In this document: positions 15,045-23,592 of the stretch, piece by piece | Layout: every line of letters begins with the position of its first letter | How positions within the stretch are numbered: position 1 is the first letter of the stretch | IMG/VR virus record: IMGVR_UViG_3300014613_000068 | Location: 1-32,264 of that record | DNA from: a virus | Lineage: Duplodnaviria > Caudoviricetes | Direction: 5' to 3' (one strand) | Length of the DNA: 32,264 nt | Translations under genes and position numbers: made by a program | The notes under the pieces: generated by a model | The model's input: the letters and a program-made list of their open reading frames with translations, nothing else | Told to the model about the DNA's origin: nothing | Database searches by the model: none

Positions 15045-17354
15045 ATGGCCCGTCCGCTAAAATATGATGCTTTTCTCAAGGGGAAGCGTGTCTTGGACGT
15101 AGGGTCTGGATTTCAGGTTTCTCCGGAAGATATAGGACAATCTCTATTCCCATTCCAGCGGGAGATTGTGCGTTGGTCTTGTCAGCGTGGGCGCTCTGCG
15201 TGTTTTGCTGATTGTGGTCTCGGCAAGACCCCGATCCAGCTCGAATGGTCCCGGCTTATCTTAGAGCAGACTGGAAAACCCGTGCTCATATTCGCCCCTC
15301 TTGCCGTGTCGCGTCAGACCTGTCGGGAGGGAGACAAGTTTGGGGTTCCTGTTCGGGCTGTTCGTTCTCAGGATGAATGCGGAAAAGGGATCAACATAAC
15401 CAATTATGAGATGCTTTCCCATTTTGATCCGGAGAAGTTCGGGGCTCTTGTTTTGGATGAGTCGAGTATCCTCAAGGGGTTTGATGGGCGTTTCCGTAGG
15501 GAGGTTACGGAGTTTGCTTCCCGGATTCCGTTTCGTTTGGCTTGTACTGCGACACCGGCGCCGAATGATCTCGTGGAGATTGTGAATCACGCGGAGTTCC
15601 TCGGGATCATGGCAGAGAAGGAGATCAAGGCGCTTTTCTTTTCTAACAAGGCGACGGAGAGTACACAGAAGTGGGTTTTGAAGGAGCACGCTCGGGAGGA
15701 CTTTTGGACTTGGCTTGCATCGTGGGCTGTCTGTTTGCGGAAGCCCTCTGATCTCGGGTTTGATGATGACGGTTTTATTTTACCGCCGCTGGAAATACAG
15801 CAGGTGGTTGTGGGTAATGGGGGATGGTCCCCGCGCAGCGGTGGAGGTCGTCATGGTTTTGGGGTCGTTGAGGCGCAGGGACTTCGGGAGCGGCAGCTTG
15901 CCCGGCAGGCAAGCGTTGATGGGCGGGTACAAGCAGCCGCAGATCTCGTTAATGGAGACCGGGAGCAGTGGCTCGTGTGGTGTGATTTGAATGTTGAATC
16001 TGCTGCGCTTGCCAAGATTATGGAAGGCGCTGTGGAGGTTTGTGGCGCCGATTCACGGGAGCATAAGGAACGGTCTTTGATCGGATTTCAGGATGGGGCT
16101 GTGCGCGCGCTTGTCACGAAGCCGTCTATTGCGGGATTTGGTATGAATCTCCAGAACTGTGATCGGATGGTCTTTGTGGGCCTCAGTGATTCGTATGAGA
16201 AGTTTTATCAGGCAGTCCGCCGGAGTTGGCGATTTGGACAAGATCGTCCTGTTACGGCGTACGTGGTTACTTCTCAGGCAGAGGGTGGTGTCGTTCGTAA
16301 TATTGAACGGAAGGAAGCAGAGGCCTTGGCGCTTTTTGATAATTTAATATCTAACATGAACCTGGGGGGGCAGCTTTCAATATCTCGGGAGGAGGAATCA
16401 TACGTGGAATCCGTGGAGCGTGGGGAGGGCTGGGAGCTTCAGTTTGGGGATTCGGTTGAAACGATGGGCTCGTTGGCGGATGAATCTGTTGGCTTGTCCG
16501 TATTTTCTCCTCCATTTCCGGGCATGTATGTTTACACGAATACTCGCCGGGATGTGGGAAACAGCCAGAACTTAGACGAGCTGGTGGCGCATTTCCGGTT
16601 CATCATGGATAAAGATCACCTCTTGCGCGTGACAATGCCCGGTCGCCATTGCTGCATTCATTTGTCTCAGGCGGTGGCGTTTAAGGGCTCTGACGGATAC
16701 ATCGGGGTGAAGGACTTCCGAGGGCGCGTGATTCAGATGATGGAAGAGGAGGGCTGGATCTATTATGGAGAGGTCTGCATTGACAAGGACCCGCAGCTCA
16801 AAGCGATACGGACGAAGGACCGAGGGCTCCTGTTCAAGACACTCGCGAATGACGCGGCGCATCTTCATCCGGCGTTGGCGGATTATCTGCTCCAGTTTAG
16901 GAAGCCTGGGGATAATCCTGAGCCGATTCGGGCGGGGATTTCTGAGAAATATGGCAACCCAGGGGGATGGGTAACGCAGGAGGAGTGGATCGAATGGGCG
17001 GCCCCGGTCTGGTATAAGGCTTCCCAGGGACTTCCTGGTGGCATACGGGAATCGGATGTGCTTTCCGTTGTCGGGAGTAAGGATGACAAGGATGAAAAGC
17101 ATCTTGCTCCACTTCAGCTTGGGGTGATTGAGCGGGCTGTGAAGCTTTGGACAAACCCCGGAGACCTCGTTTGCAGTCCGTTTGCAGGGATTGGTTCGGA
17201 GGGATACGTGGCGCGGTGCCTTGGGCGTCGGTTTTGGGGATGCGAGTTGAAGCGAGCCTATTTTGATGTGGCCGTGAAAAACGTCAAGATGGCGAAAGCG
17301 CGGACGGGTGGATTCAATCTTGGTATGACCGTTTCCCGCAACAGGAGACGTTAA
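15045..17354 (+). CDS. SF2/SNF2-like helicase fused to an N6/N4 DNA methyltransferase
   Basis: LFPFQ, ADCGLGKT, LDESS, TATPAPN and QAVRRSWRFGQ, then SVFSPPF and CSPFAGIGSEG. Confidence 0.9.
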   Translation: MARPLKYDAFLKGKRVLDVGSGFQVSPEDIGQSLFPFQREIVRWSCQRGRSACFADCGLGKTPIQLEWSRLILEQTGKPVLIFAPLAVSRQTCREGDKFGVPVRAVRSQDECGKGINITNYEMLSHFDPEKFGALVLDESSILKGFDGRFRREVTEFASRIPFRLACTATPAPNDLVEIVNHAEFLGIMAEKEIKALFFSNKATESTQKWVLKEHAREDFWTWLASWAVCLRKPSDLGFDDDGFILPPLEIQQVVVGNGGWSPRSGGGRHGFGVVEAQGLRERQLARQASVDGRVQAAADLVNGDREQWLVWCDLNVESAALAKIMEGAVEVCGADSREHKERSLIGFQDGAVRALVTKPSIAGFGMNLQNCDRMVFVGLSDSYEKFYQAVRRSWRFGQDRPVTAYVVTSQAEGGVVRNIERKEAEALALFDNLISNMNLGGQLSISREEESYVESVERGEGWELQFGDSVETMGSLADESVGLSVFSPPFPGMYVYTNTRRDVGNSQNLDELVAHFRFIMDKDHLLRVTMPGRHCCIHLSQAVAFKGSDGYIGVKDFRGRVIQMMEEEGWIYYGEVCIDKDPQLKAIRTKDRGLLFKTLANDAAHLHPALADYLLQFRKPGDNPEPIRAGISEKYGNPGGWVTQEEWIEWAAPVWYKASQGLPGGIRESDVLSVVGSKDDKDEKHLAPLQLGVIERAVKLWTNPGDLVCSPFAGIGSEGYVARCLGRRFWGCELKRAYFDVAVKNVKMAKARTGGFNLGMTVSRNRRR

Positions 17355-17355
17355 A

Positions 17356-20007
17356 ATGGCCCGTAAAGGCTTCTTCAAGGCCAATGAGATCGCCCCAGCA
17401 CCCCAGGCATGGGGTCAGGGGACAAAGGCCGCCCAGGACCCTTGTGGGGCCTGTGGATTGGGTTCTGGGTGCTTGTCTCCGATGATACCGGCGGGTGGAG
17501 GAGGGCGGCTCGGGATTCTTGTCATCGGGGAAGCTCCCGGCCCAGAGGAAGATAAGCGGAGCGATCCGGGCCGTGGCCTGGGAGTGCATTTTGTTGGGCG
17601 GGACGGGAACCTGCTCGCAGAGGGTCTCAGGCCCGCCGGTGTACGGGATATTCAAAAGGATCTGCGCTTCACCAACGCAGTCTACTGCCGCCCATCTGAA
17701 AACAAGACCCCGACTGATCGTCAGATTGCTCTTTGCCGGTCCCACGTGTTCCAGGCGATCCAGGAGTTCAAGCCGAAAAAGATCATCCTTCTCGGGATGT
17801 CCGCGATCAAATCCTTGTACGGAGAGTTCAACGATATCGCAAGCAACGGGATCGGTCCTTGGATTGGTCGGGCGGTTCCTGATATGCGGTTTGGGGCCTG
17901 GGTATATCCGGTGTGGGAGCCGGGGTTTATTATCTCGGCGGGGCATTACGATGAAGTGATTCCACGAATATGGGATGAACACCTCCAGGGGGCCGTAGAG
18001 CATGATGCCCCTTTCCCGGAGATGTGGCGGGACGATCTGAGCTCTGTTCGGATATTGGATAGGCGGGAAGCGGTTCAGTATCTTTCGGCCTTAGCGCAGA
18101 AGACCGGGATTCGGATTGCTTTTGACTACGAGACAACGGGCCTGCGTCCATATGCGCCTGGGCAGAGGGTTTGGTCAATCGGGGTGGCCGAAGGCCCGGA
18201 TTCGGCGGTTGTTTTTCATTGGCACGAATCTCTCCAATATCCGTGGTCAGCGGTAATGGAAAGTGAACGAATCGCCAAGCTCGCGCATAACATGAAGTTC
18301 GAGGATCTTTGGACGCGGGATTGTCTTGGGATTGAACCTCGGAGCTGGTCTCGTTGCACGATGGTGATGGAGCACGTCCTGGACAACGGACCAAGCACAA
18401 AGGGGTTGAAGTTCCAAGCGGCGGTTCGGTTTGGCGCTTTTGGATATGGGGATGAAATATCGAAGTTCCTCAAGGGTCGGGAATCAGACGGTAAGGAAAG
18501 CAAATCCTCCAACGCCTTGAATTGGATTGATCAAGCTCCCCAGGCAGAGGTCCTCCGGTATAATGGGCTGGATGCAATGCTTACGTTCCGGCTGGCAGAC
18601 GACCAGGACAGGCGGCTTGGAGCGATGAGAAACGGTGGTTCTTTGTCGAACGCATATGGGCTCCTTCACGAGGGGAGTTTGACGCTTTCTCGCGTAGAGT
18701 CTGCCGGGATTTGCGTGGATCTTGATTGGTACGGTTCGGAGGCCGAACGTCTTGACCAGGAGATCATAAGGCTGGAGGCCCTGGTCCGGACAGATCCGCA
18801 GGTTGTCAAATGGGAAGCAAGTTCAGGGAAGCAATTCAATCCCGGTTCGCCCGTTGCCATGAGGGACGTTCTTTTCGGGAAGGGATTCTATGGGCTGAAG
18901 CCGGTCAAGAAAACAGCGAAGGCCAAGGCCGCCAGCGTGGATGAATCCGTGATGGATGAGGTGGCAAAGTCCGTCCCTTTTGCGGCTGCGGCTGTCCGTC
19001 TCTCAAAGTCGAAAAAGACACGGAACACATATCTTGAGGGCTTTACCCGAGAGCAATGGGAAGGGCTTCTTCATCCGTCTTTCAACCTACATCTTGTTCG
19101 GACTTACCGAAGCAGCTCAGACCACCCGAATTTTCAGAACGTCCCCCGGAAAGATGAGGAAGCTGGGAAGGCGACTCGGTCAGGGATCGTTCCATCGGAA
19201 GGTAGGGTCCTTCTGGAGGTGGATTATTCCGGGATCGAGGTCCGGATGGAGGCGTGTAATACGAAGGACACTGCATTGATAAAGTATTTGTCTGATCCGG
19301 GGAGTGGGGATATGCACCGGGATCAGGCGATGGAATTATTCTTTCTGGGGCCGGAGGCTGTTCCAAAACCTTTGCGAGATGTGGCGAAGTCGTCTTTCGT
19401 CTTTGCCTCGTTTTACGGGTCCTATTGGAAGCAGACCGGCACGGATATGTGGGGTCATATCGCGGATATGGCCTTGGGAGACGGAACACCGGTTCGGGAG
19501 CATCTGGCAGATCGCGATATAAACAACGAGGACGGCTTTCTGCGACATGTCAAACGGGTGGAGTATCGCCTGTGGCGGAAGTTCGCCGGGGTTAAGAAGT
19601 TCCAGGACGAGATCCAAGCTCGATATAAACGGGACGGCTTCATTGACCTCCTGACGGGATTCAGGTGCTGGGGTCCGTTGAGCCGGAATGAGCTTTTCAA
19701 CTATCCGAACCAGGGGCCGGGATTCCATTGTCTCTTGTGGTCGATGAATCGTATTTACCGGGAGATCCAGGCAGCCGGGATGGATTCCCTTATGGTGGGA
19801 CAGATTCATGATTCTATCGTGTTTGACGCCGTTCCAGACGAGGTTCCTGATCTGATGTGCATGGTGCAAAGGGTCATGTGTGAGGACATCCGAGAGGCTT
19901 GGCCGTGGATCATTGTTCCGTTAGAGATCGAGACGGACGCAACAGCGATAGATGGAAATTGGTGGGAGAAGCATCTTTTACCGGAGCCGTGGAACCTGGG
20001 GGATTGA
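17356..20007 (+). CDS. family A DNA polymerase with N-terminal family-4 UDG-like domain (SPO1-type)
   Basis: CGAC..GEAPG..FVGRDG..TNAVYCRP; exonuclease FDYETTG, AHNMKFE, YNGLDA; polymerase VDYSGIE, RDVAK..F...YG, QIHDS. Confidence 0.93.
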   Translation: MARKGFFKANEIAPAPQAWGQGTKAAQDPCGACGLGSGCLSPMIPAGGGGRLGILVIGEAPGPEEDKRSDPGRGLGVHFVGRDGNLLAEGLRPAGVRDIQKDLRFTNAVYCRPSENKTPTDRQIALCRSHVFQAIQEFKPKKIILLGMSAIKSLYGEFNDIASNGIGPWIGRAVPDMRFGAWVYPVWEPGFIISAGHYDEVIPRIWDEHLQGAVEHDAPFPEMWRDDLSSVRILDRREAVQYLSALAQKTGIRIAFDYETTGLRPYAPGQRVWSIGVAEGPDSAVVFHWHESLQYPWSAVMESERIAKLAHNMKFEDLWTRDCLGIEPRSWSRCTMVMEHVLDNGPSTKGLKFQAAVRFGAFGYGDEISKFLKGRESDGKESKSSNALNWIDQAPQAEVLRYNGLDAMLTFRLADDQDRRLGAMRNGGSLSNAYGLLHEGSLTLSRVESAGICVDLDWYGSEAERLDQEIIRLEALVRTDPQVVKWEASSGKQFNPGSPVAMRDVLFGKGFYGLKPVKKTAKAKAASVDESVMDEVAKSVPFAAAAVRLSKSKKTRNTYLEGFTREQWEGLLHPSFNLHLVRTYRSSSDHPNFQNVPRKDEEAGKATRSGIVPSEGRVLLEVDYSGIEVRMEACNTKDTALIKYLSDPGSGDMHRDQAMELFFLGPEAVPKPLRDVAKSSFVFASFYGSYWKQTGTDMWGHIADMALGDGTPVREHLADRDINNEDGFLRHVKRVEYRLWRKFAGVKKFQDEIQARYKRDGFIDLLTGFRCWGPLSRNELFNYPNQGPGFHCLLWSMNRIYREIQAAGMDSLMVGQIHDSIVFDAVPDEVPDLMCMVQRVMCEDIREAWPWIIVPLEIETDATAIDGNWWEKHLLPEPWNLGD

Positions 20008-20008
20008 A

Positions 20009-20200
20009 ATGGCGGAGCAAGATACCTGGGAATTTGATTATGACGAGTTGGTTCATGAAACGGATTTGGCCTGGGGCTTGGACATGGGGGATGGGCCGGA
20101 TGAACTTGTCTGGTTCCCGAAGTCCCAATGCGAACTTGACGAAGACACAGAAACGATAATTGTCCCAGTGTGGCTTGCCGAGCAAAAAGACTTGATCTAA
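20009..20200 (+). CDS. small acidic hypothetical protein (VWFPKSQ motif)
   Basis: ATG 20009; WFPKSQC..VPVWLA pattern seen in small phage proteins. Confidence 0.7.
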   Translation: MAEQDTWEFDYDELVHETDLAWGLDMGDGPDELVWFPKSQCELDEDTETIIVPVWLAEQKDLI

Positions 20201-20212
20201 GGAGGGCTGGAA

Positions 20213-22270
20213 ATGCCGTTGCATCTGAGTTACAGGCCGGAGAAATGGGAAGACCTTGTTGGGAATGCGGGAACGGTATCAGCCTTGCGGTCCGTCCTCT
20301 CCAACACAGACTGCCCTCATTCATACCTCTTCCAGGGACCAACCGGATGTGGCAAGACAACCCTCGCCAGGATCGTGGCTCGGGAGATTGGATGTGATGA
20401 ACGGGATCTCCTGGAGCTGAACGCCGCCGAAGCTCGTGGGATAGATACTGCCCGTGGGATTATTGAGCGGATGCGGTACAAGCCTGCCTGGGGAAAGTCC
20501 CGCGTATTCCTCCTCGATGAATGTTTTTCTGGGGGTTCCCTTGTGCGTACTGTTGGAGGGTCTGTTGAGATTCAGCATATTATTCCGGGGGATTTTGTAT
20601 TCAACATTGCGGGGAAAAGTCGCGTGGAGGAAGTATTTAAGAATAGAGTTCCTCTTCAAAACGTTGTTCGATTATGTTTTTCAGATGGGTCTGTTATATT
20701 TTGCTCTAAGGATCATTTGTTTTTGACGTGTGCGGGTTGGGTTAAGGCAAAGGCGTTAAAAAAAGAATTGATTTTGAAATTCAATAGTAGTATATTGTTA
20801 AGCGGGGACCAACGAAAGGAGATTAAAAATGGAAGATCGGGTATGCATTTATTGCGGAAACAGTTACCGGACAAGAAGCAAAACGCAAACGTACTGTTCA
20901 AATTTTTGCAGGAACAGGGCAAGAAAACGAGTGTTACAAAAGGCTTGCGAATGGTGTGGCATAGTTTTTACAACGCGGCGCGCCGGAACATATACGAAGC
21001 GTTTTTGTTCCCCATCATGCGTTGGGAAATGGAGTACGAGCAGACCGGGAAGACGCGAGCTGTTGGTAGCAGCAGGAAAGAAGGGCGGTCAGGCTGTAAT
21101 AGAATCCAGGAAGAAAAATCCAGAGTTGTTTTTGGCGTTAGCGAAAAAAAGTTCCGAGCGCTTGAAGCGGTTCAATCCGATGATGTCCCCGCACGCAGTA
21201 GAGAAAGCGAGGAATACAAAGCATATCAATGGGACGCTTCATGTATGGCCCGGGGAACGTGGTGGAAATGGACACTATACGCGGCCGCAAGAGCTTTTGG
21301 CTGTTTCTTTGGGGTGGCCGATGGAAGTAGTCATATCTTTGGGAGAGCGAAGGTCAGGATTCCCTACGTGCTACAAGGTAGACATCGGGAATCTGGGGTT
21401 GAAGTTGGCGATAGAGGTGGATGGACGGGGACATGGGATGAAAGAAGTTATCTTGAGAGATCAAAAAAAGACATCCGCTCTAAACAAATTAGGTTGGAAA
21501 GTATTGCGTTTTACGAACAAGGATGTACTGACGCGGCTTTCGTGGGTGTTATTGGAGATAAAGAAAGAGATTCGGGCTTTGTAACATTTTATGATTTACA
21601 GGTTGCGGGACATCCGTCTTATTTTGTGGGCGATATTCCCGTACATAATTGTCACAAGGCCACTTCAGATTTCCAGAATGCTCTTTTGAAGTCGATGGAG
21701 GAACCGCCTGACCATGTTTACTTCATCCTCTGCACGACGGAACCGGAGAAGCTCCTCAAGACCGTCCGGGGCCGTTGTTCCGTGTTTGAGGTCCGCCTCT
21801 TGACGAATGACGAGATGGGGGATCTCTTGGATGAAGTGGCCGCTCAGGAGGAAGGGGACTCGCCCCGGATCACGGATGCCGTCATTGATGAGATCATAAA
21901 GTCTGCTCAGGGACATCCCAGGGATGCGCTGGTGCTGCTGGATCAGGTACTTGGTCTGGCGGATGAAGCCGAGATGCTGGCTGCGATCAGATCCTCCGGG
22001 GTAGATGAACGGGAAGTGATCGAGCTTTGCCGCGCCTTGATGAAGGGGGCAAAGTGGCCTCGTGTCCAGGCAATCCTCCAAGGGCTGGCTGCGGACCCGG
22101 AGAAGATACGAAGGGCCGTCTTGGGGTACTGTGGGTCCATCATGGAGCGGGAATCGGATCGGGGGGTGGTCGGTCAGGCGGCTTTGGTGGCAGAGTGTTT
22201 TCGGGAGCCAACATATGATCTGGGGCGTCCGGGGATCATCCTGTCTTGTTTCGACGCCCTTTCCGGATAA
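20213..22270 (+). CDS. clamp loader AAA+ subunit (DnaX gamma/tau-like), intein-containing
   Basis: YRP; GPTGCGKTT; ELNAA..RGID; LLDE|intein|CH; NALLKSMEEPP; TVRGRC; GHPRDA. The spliced product is 309 aa. Confidence 0.92.
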   Translation: MPLHLSYRPEKWEDLVGNAGTVSALRSVLSNTDCPHSYLFQGPTGCGKTTLARIVAREIGCDERDLLELNAAEARGIDTARGIIERMRYKPAWGKSRVFLLDECFSGGSLVRTVGGSVEIQHIIPGDFVFNIAGKSRVEEVFKNRVPLQNVVRLCFSDGSVIFCSKDHLFLTCAGWVKAKALKKELILKFNSSILLSGDQRKEIKNGRSGMHLLRKQLPDKKQNANVLFKFLQEQGKKTSVTKGLRMVWHSFYNAARRNIYEAFLFPIMRWEMEYEQTGKTRAVGSSRKEGRSGCNRIQEEKSRVVFGVSEKKFRALEAVQSDDVPARSRESEEYKAYQWDASCMARGTWWKWTLYAAARAFGCFFGVADGSSHIFGRAKVRIPYVLQGRHRESGVEVGDRGGWTGTWDERSYLERSKKDIRSKQIRLESIAFYEQGCTDAAFVGVIGDKERDSGFVTFYDLQVAGHPSYFVGDIPVHNCHKATSDFQNALLKSMEEPPDHVYFILCTTEPEKLLKTVRGRCSVFEVRLLTNDEMGDLLDEVAAQEEGDSPRITDAVIDEIIKSAQGHPRDALVLLDQVLGLADEAEMLAAIRSSGVDEREVIELCRALMKGAKWPRVQAILQGLAADPEKIRRAVLGYCGSIMERESDRGVVGQAALVAECFREPTYDLGRPGIILSCFDALSG
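20768..20821 (+). promoter_or_regulatory. promoter and RBS for the nested endonuclease, inside the intein coding sequence
   Basis: TTGATT (20768-73), 17 nt, TATATT (20791-96); AAGGAG at 20816-21, 7 nt before ATG 20829. Confidence 0.7.
20829..21584 (+). CDS. Vsr/DUF559-like homing endonuclease with Zn-ribbon repeats, nested in the +1 frame of the intein
   Basis: Two CxxC..YCS/FCSxxC repeats; YKVDIG...LAIEVDGRGH...RDQKK...LGWKVLRFTN. Confidence 0.88.
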   Translation: MEDRVCIYCGNSYRTRSKTQTYCSNFCRNRARKRVLQKACEWCGIVFTTRRAGTYTKRFCSPSCVGKWSTSRPGRRELLVAAGKKGGQAVIESRKKNPELFLALAKKSSERLKRFNPMMSPHAVEKARNTKHINGTLHVWPGERGGNGHYTRPQELLAVSLGWPMEVVISLGERRSGFPTCYKVDIGNLGLKLAIEVDGRGHGMKEVILRDQKKTSALNKLGWKVLRFTNKDVLTRLSWVLLEIKKEIRAL

Positions 22271-22296
22271 TAAGGCCCCTTTTGGGTATAATGTAA
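22263..22296 (+). promoter_or_regulatory. phage-specific promoter motif, copy 3
   Basis: CCGG-ATA-ATAAGG-N9-GGTATAATGTAA. Confidence 0.8.
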
Positions 22297-22313
22297 GCAG
22301 GGAGGATTTTTAT

Positions 22314-22571
22314 ATGAACGCGGAAGAAAAAGCCAAAACCATTTGTCAGTTTTGCTGTTCCTGGGATGGTCGGGAGGTGCGGTGGACTTCTGTCTCGACC
22401 CTCCTGGGCTTTTCTGGTGAGAATATTACCAGGACGGTTCGTCTTTGCCGACGGTGCGAGAAACTATTCCCCGGACAGATTTGGGGTGCTCTTTCTTCGG
22501 ACGAACTCATTGCAAAGGGTCTCCGGATGGTTGAAGCGGGAGAAGGAGGATCATTATGCGTCGACGGGTGA
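22314..22571 (+). CDS. small Zn-binding hypothetical protein
   Basis: GGAGG RBS; CQFC...CRRC. Confidence 0.65.
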   Translation: MNAEEKAKTICQFCCSWDGREVRWTSVSTLLGFSGENITRTVRLCRRCEKLFPGQIWGALSSDELIAKGLRMVEAGEGGSLCVDG

Positions 22572-22837
22572 ACAGGGAAGGTGGGGAGAATCCACCGAAT
22601 GGGGGTTCCAATGTGACCCCGTATGTCCCAGGGTCGAAGGTCCGGGTGTCTTTTTCCTATACGGTGAACATGGGGAATTATGAATCTGCCAAGCTCGAAA
22701 GTTCCGTAGATCGGGAGCTGGCCCCAGGCGAGGATCTGGATTCGGCAATGGATACTGAGTTTGCCCGGTGCCGTGAGTTCGTAGAGGCGAAGGTTTTGGA
22801 AGTGGAGGAGGATCATGGCCGTGAACGCAGACGATAG
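22556..22837 (+). CDS. hypothetical phage protein (YTVNMGNYES motif)
   Basis: AAGGAGG RBS; operon packing. Confidence 0.7.
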   Translation: MRRRVNREGGENPPNGGSNVTPYVPGSKVRVSFSYTVNMGNYESAKLESSVDRELAPGEDLDSAMDTEFARCREFVEAKVLEVEEDHGRERRR

Positions 22838-23366
22838 GGACCTGGACTTCAAAAGGGATTCTCGTATTGATCCGATGGCCCTGGATTCAGAATGGTTGGG
22901 GTTGGCTTCTTTGGCGGGACGATACGCGGAGGCCGCAGCTCAAGCCGTGCTGGAAAAGGACCGGGCTGAAAAGAATCGGGACATTGTGTACGCCAGCCTG
23001 GATAACGAGGTCCGGACAAGCCCGACCATGTGGCCGAAGGCGTTTGGCGGGGATAAGAAACCGTCTGAGGATGCAATCAAGAATTGGATCGCTCTCCGGG
23101 CAGATTATCAGGAGGCCCTGGACGCTGCTCATCAAGCGCGGTATCGGGCAAAGCTGGCGGCGGCGGGTGTCCGGGCAATGGATACAAAGGACCGGAGCCT
23201 GGAGTGGCTGACGAAGCTGTTTTTCAATGGGTATTTCGTAGGGCCGAAGATCCCGAAGGAATTGGATCGCCAGTTTCTCCGGGATGCTGCCGCGGCTCAA
23301 ACAGAGGAAGCTCAGCGCCGGTCTTTGCAGCGTCGGCGTAGGAAAAAGGGGGATGGGGATGAATAA
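22815..23366 (+). CDS. uvsY: UvsY-like recombination mediator
   Basis: IDPMALDSEW...Y; KPSEDAIKNWI...YQEA; all-helical; lies beside SSB and RecA. Confidence 0.7.
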   Translation: MAVNADDRDLDFKRDSRIDPMALDSEWLGLASLAGRYAEAAAQAVLEKDRAEKNRDIVYASLDNEVRTSPTMWPKAFGGDKKPSEDAIKNWIALRADYQEALDAAHQARYRAKLAAAGVRAMDTKDRSLEWLTKLFFNGYFVGPKIPKELDRQFLRDAAAAQTEEAQRRSLQRRRRKKGDGDE

Positions 23367-23592
23367 ATCCGCCCTGGTTATTGCCTTTGGAATCCCGGTC
23401 GGGTTGTTCTTGTTGTATATCCTGGTCCGGGTAATGATGAAGGCTTTTTTCAAATCATATTACGAGGAAAGGAGAAGGCACGAACATGGGAAAACTATCG
23501 AAGGAAGAACGGCGGGAGAAATTCCGCAAGAGGCAAAGGGAAGCGGCGGAATCGAGCAAGAAGGGCGGGGGCGGCGGCGGCAGGGTTCTTAA
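23359..23592 (+). CDS. small single-TM protein
   Basis: MNKSALVIAFGIPVGLFLLYILVRV; the 3' part overlaps the SSB start. Confidence 0.5.
   Translation: MNKSALVIAFGIPVGLFLLYILVRVMMKAFFKSYYEERRRHEHGKTIEGRTAGEIPQEAKGSGGIEQEGRGRRRQGS

Larger units (their letters stand above)
20522..21649 (+). mobile_element. intein (376 aa) inserted in Walker B of the clamp loader
   Basis: Starts CFSGGSLV; block B FCSKDHLFLT; block F/G FYDLQVAGHPSYFVGDIPVHN; +1 residue is Cys. Confidence 0.93.

Noticed and set aside
20829-21584. Sequencing frameshift explaining the out-of-frame nuclease
   Set aside because: It would need two compensating errors and still would not explain a stop-free intein frame plus a dedicated promoter, RBS, ATG and stop. 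It cannot be fully excluded without reads.
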